Source: Planctomycetota bacterium
GTDB lineage: Bacteria > Planctomycetota > SZUA-567 > H5-PLA8
DNA length: 64,000 nucleotides
NCBI GenBank assembly: GCA_023150555.1
Contig: JAKLKQ010000028.1
Location: forward strand, 9,764 to 73,763
Direction of reading: 5' to 3'
The translations under genes and the position numbers were made by a program. Positions within the stretch are counted from its first letter, which is position 1, and every line of letters begins with the position of its first letter. Below are positions 61,339-64,000 of the stretch, piece by piece. The notes beneath the pieces were generated by a model. The model saw only the letters and a list, made by a program, of their open reading frames with translations. It searched no databases and was not told the origin of the DNA.

Positions 61339-61350
61339 GGCTAACTTCTA
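61322..61350. promoter_or_regulatory. Conserved GCTAAC-containing element at the 5' end of the regulator gene (copy B)
   Basis: GCAGCTAACTT-AAC-CACGGCTAACT, with blocks at 61325-61332 and 61336-61346 identical to copy A. Confidence 0.4.
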
Positions 61351-61722
61351 TCCGGTCCCGGACGGCTGTCAAGACGCCTTTGCGAACGGCAGGGGCGAGG
61401 GGCCAGGGGTGAGGGAAGGAACGCCTGCGGCGTGCTCTCTGGAATGGTCCTCCTTCGCGGGTGTTTACTGTTCCTCGCCCCTGGCCCCTGCGTGTTGCCT
61501 TTGCCCTGCCCATTGGTTATTCATGGTTAAAGCGAATGAACGGCCGCCGCGGGGCGTTTTTCATAGGAGAAACGGACCGTGCTGCGTGCCGGACGCCAAA
61601 CGGCCGGCACGGAATCTGCCGCTCCCGTGCGCGAACCGGAAATGGAGCCCGGTGCCGGGTGTAGTAAAAATATAGGCGGTCCGGCGGGTCCCCATCCCCA
61701 AGGCAGACAAGGACGACAACGC

Positions 61723-64000
61723 ATGCGCCACCATCGGGCCAGGCTCCTTCTTCTCCTGATCGCGACGGCTCTCTTCGGCGCCGCCGGCGCGCGCGCCGGG
61801 GCCCTGGAGGAGTTCAAGGTCAAGCGCGAGGCGGTCTACGAGTTCGCCACGCCGCCGTCGGTCGCGCGGGCGGGCGACCGCATCGAGATCTCCTTCGCGA
61901 GCAAAGGACGCTGCGACGTCACGGTCGCCATCGAGAACGCCGACGGGAAGATCGTCCGCCATCTGGCCAGCGGCGTATTGGGTAGCAACGCCCCGGCGCC
62001 TTTCGCGAAGGACAGCCTGGCGCAGAAGATCGTCTGGGACGGCAAAGACGACCTGGGCCACTACATCGATGACAAGGACAGTTGCATCGTGCGCGTCTCC
62101 CTGGGACTGAAGCCGCAGTTCGAACGCACGCTCCACTGGTCGCCCAAGAAGCGCATCGCGCCGGGCAACGCGCCGCGGTTCGCGGCCGGGCCCGAAGGCG
62201 TCTACGTGCAGGAAGGCGGCGGCGTCGACCACATCCGCCTCTTCGACCACGACGGCAACTACGTGCGCACGGTCTATCCGTTCCCGCCGGATTACTCGTC
62301 GGCCGAAGCGAAAGCCGATTCGCCCACCGCGCTGCAGACGGCGCTCGCGAAGGTCATCGGGCTGAAGTGGATCGAGATGCCGCAGGACGGGAAACTCTAC
62401 CCCGAATGGCAGGGCATCATGTACAGCACGATGCTGACGTCGGGCGACAACCGGGGCACGGGCACGGGCCGCACCGGCGGCACGAAGTACGGTACGGCGG
62501 CCTCGGCGATGGCCCTGCAGCCGCCGTCCGGCGCGGGCAAGCCCGGCTTCCTGGCGCTGCTGAAGGAGGACCTCAACCGCGTCGCGACCGACGGCACCAC
62601 CGGCGGCCTGCCGCTGAAGGGGCCGAAGACCTGGTTCGAGGTCCCCAAGTACGGGCTGATCTCCGACGAAGGCCACGCGGGCGACACCAACCGCGGCTAT
62701 CCGCGCAGCGCGGCCTTTTCGCCCGACGGCAAGTGGCTCTACATGACCGGGTACCTGGGCGGCGGCAACTGGTGGCTGCCGGGCGTGGCGCGCATGGACT
62801 TTTCCGGCGACAAGGACCCCGAACTCTTCGCCGGCAGCATGGACGTGAAGCAGGAAGGCAGCGACACCGCGCACTTCAAGTGCCCCATGTCCGTCGCCTG
62901 CGATTCAAAGGGCCGCGTGTACGTCGCCGACAGCGAGAACAACCGCATCCAGGTCTTTGGCGAGGACGGCAAGTTCCTGAAGTCGTTGGGCCCGGTGACC
63001 GTCCCGATCGACGTCTTCGTGCATCCCAAGACCGGCCACATCTACGTGGCCTCGTGGATGATGATCTCGCGCTACAGCAAAGATCGCGTCAAGGCCGTGC
63101 TGACGCATTACGGCCCGCTGGAGGACTTCAAGCCGGTCGCCAGCTACCCGCTGCCGTTCTCGGGCTACAGCGAGCAGGTCTTCATGAACCGCACCAGTAA
63201 GAGCCACGGGCTCTTCATCGACTTCTACACCGAGCCGCCCACGATCTGGGTCGTGCCCGGATCCGGCGACACGACCGAACGCCTGATGCAGAACCGCCGC
63301 ACCTTCGCCAACCAGATGTGGGGCTTCTCGCGCTGGTCGGCGGCGCACTACCGCCTGTACCAGGAGAAGGGCGGCAAGCTGGTGGAGAAGGCGAATTTCG
63401 CGAAGGACGTCGCCGAGGCCATCACGCGCATCGACCCGCCCGCCACGCCCGCCCACGGCCGCCAGCGCATGTACGTGAACCCGAACTCGGGGCTCTTGTA
63501 CGTCGCCGAGACCGACGGCGCGGGCGTCGGCAAGGCCGTCAAGGACCTGCTCGTGATCGATCCGAAGACGGGCAAGGCCGAGGTCCTCAAGCTGCCGTTC
63601 ACCGCCGAGGAAGTGGACTTCGATCTTCAAGGCAACATCTACCTGCGCACGGACCTGATCGTCGCGCGCTTCGACCTGCAGAGCATGCGCGAGGTGCCCT
63701 TCGACTACGGCGAGGAACGCGACGCGCCCGGCTTCGACGGCGACGGCAAGCCGCTCATCGCCGCCCTGCGCCTGCCCGGCACCGGCCGCCCCGGCTGCTT
63801 TCACCTCGGCGGCTTCGGCGTCGCGCCCAATGGCAACATGGTCGTCAGCTGCTACAATGCCGCCAAGCTGGAACTGGTGACCGACGGCTTCAACTCCAAG
63901 AACGCGCAGGTCGGCAAGCCCTACACGCCGCGGCAGTACCCCGGCCGCATGCGCTGGGCCGAAGTCCACGTCTTCGACCGCTACGGCAAGGTCGTCCACG
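61723..64000 (+). CDS. Secreted NHL-repeat beta-propeller protein with FlgD-Ig-like N-terminal domain, 3' end beyond window
   Basis: This ORF is not in the track because no stop lies within the window. ATG 61723, then MRHHRARLLLLLIATALFGAAGARA as signal peptide. RIEISFASKGRCDVTVAIENADGKIVRHL is FlgD-Ig-like. GRVYVADSENNRIQVFGEDGKFLKSLG is an NHL repeat. Frame 1 stays open to 64000. Confidence 0.75.
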   Translation, partial: MRHHRARLLLLLIATALFGAAGARAGALEEFKVKREAVYEFATPPSVARAGDRIEISFASKGRCDVTVAIENADGKIVRHLASGVLGSNAPAPFAKDSLAQKIVWDGKDDLGHYIDDKDSCIVRVSLGLKPQFERTLHWSPKKRIAPGNAPRFAAGPEGVYVQEGGGVDHIRLFDHDGNYVRTVYPFPPDYSSAEAKADSPTALQTALAKVIGLKWIEMPQDGKLYPEWQGIMYSTMLTSGDNRGTGTGRTGGTKYGTAASAMALQPPSGAGKPGFLALLKEDLNRVATDGTTGGLPLKGPKTWFEVPKYGLISDEGHAGDTNRGYPRSAAFSPDGKWLYMTGYLGGGNWWLPGVARMDFSGDKDPELFAGSMDVKQEGSDTAHFKCPMSVACDSKGRVYVADSENNRIQVFGEDGKFLKSLGPVTVPIDVFVHPKTGHIYVASWMMISRYSKDRVKAVLTHYGPLEDFKPVASYPLPFSGYSEQVFMNRTSKSHGLFIDFYTEPPTIWVVPGSGDTTERLMQNRRTFANQMWGFSRWSAAHYRLYQEKGGKLVEKANFAKDVAEAITRIDPPATPAHGRQRMYVNPNSGLLYVAETDGAGVGKAVKDLLVIDPKTGKAEVLKLPFTAEEVDFDLQGNIYLRTDLIVARFDLQSMREVPFDYGEERDAPGFDGDGKPLIAALRLPGTGRPGCFHLGGFGVAPNGNMVVSCYNAAKLELVTDGFNSKNAQVGKPYTPRQYPGRMRWAEVHVFDRYGKVVH

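Noticed and set aside
61561-63999. Track ORFs 61561..62874 (minus), 62082..63200 (plus), 62905..63999 (minus)
   Set aside because: The real gene is the frame-1 NHL/FlgD-Ig ORF starting at 61723. It is missing from the track only because it has no stop inside the window.

Overview
High-GC (about two-thirds G+C by eye) bacterial chromosomal window with about 57 supportable protein-coding genes. I found no rRNA or tRNA genes, no CRISPR array and no recognisable transposase, integrase or phage genes. Gene content (KdsB, OprB-type porin, SWIB-domain protein, sulfatases, DUF1570/peptidase-MA-like proteins, and an ECF sigma/anti-sigma pair whose anti-sigma carries a prenyltransferase-like ectodomain) suggests a Gram-negative, probably PVC-type (Planctomycetota/Verrucomicrobiota-like) organism; this is inference only. 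Housekeeping genes (kdsB-pyrG, infA, cspA, accA, cmk, an RlmI-like methyltransferase) are interleaved with accessory blocks. Main observations: (1) There are four ECF sigma genes in 64 kb. Three are single ORFs that run from sigma region 4 through a linker and one TM helix into a large extracytoplasmic domain, and in one case that domain is a complete inhibitory-type serpin (19797-21995). (2) The other two fused sigmas are paralogues. Each heads a cassette of fused sigma, a DUF2892 mini membrane protein and small-molecule enzymes: a FeeM-like N-acyl synthase at 12.3-14.9 kb, and a ThiF-like E1 plus O-methyltransferase at 42.3-46.4 kb. (3) A complete trans-envelope Mn/Fe-type uptake locus lies at 55.4-61.3 kb: DtxR regulator, His-rich OprB-like porin, SBP, an unknown anchored periplasmic protein, ATPase, and a permease fused to a second DtxR+FeoA module. 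A shared ~30-nt GCTAAC-containing element sits at the 5' ends of the regulator and porin genes. (4) A perfect 20-bp AT-rich palindrome (GAAC-N4-GTTC core) sits inside a predicted promoter, next to a terminator-bounded 44-codon ORF and a zinc-ribbon miniprotein. (5) Smaller items include a frameshifted single-domain T2SS-F-like gene, a low-GC islet with tandem 4-TM paralogues, a NifU-hemerythrin fusion, a polytopic membrane protein with a Thr-type sulfatase-fold domain, and a family of short periodic intergenic repeats. Many long ORFs in the supplied track are antisense or out-of-frame artefacts of the high GC content. All homology statements come from motif recognition by eye, with no database search.
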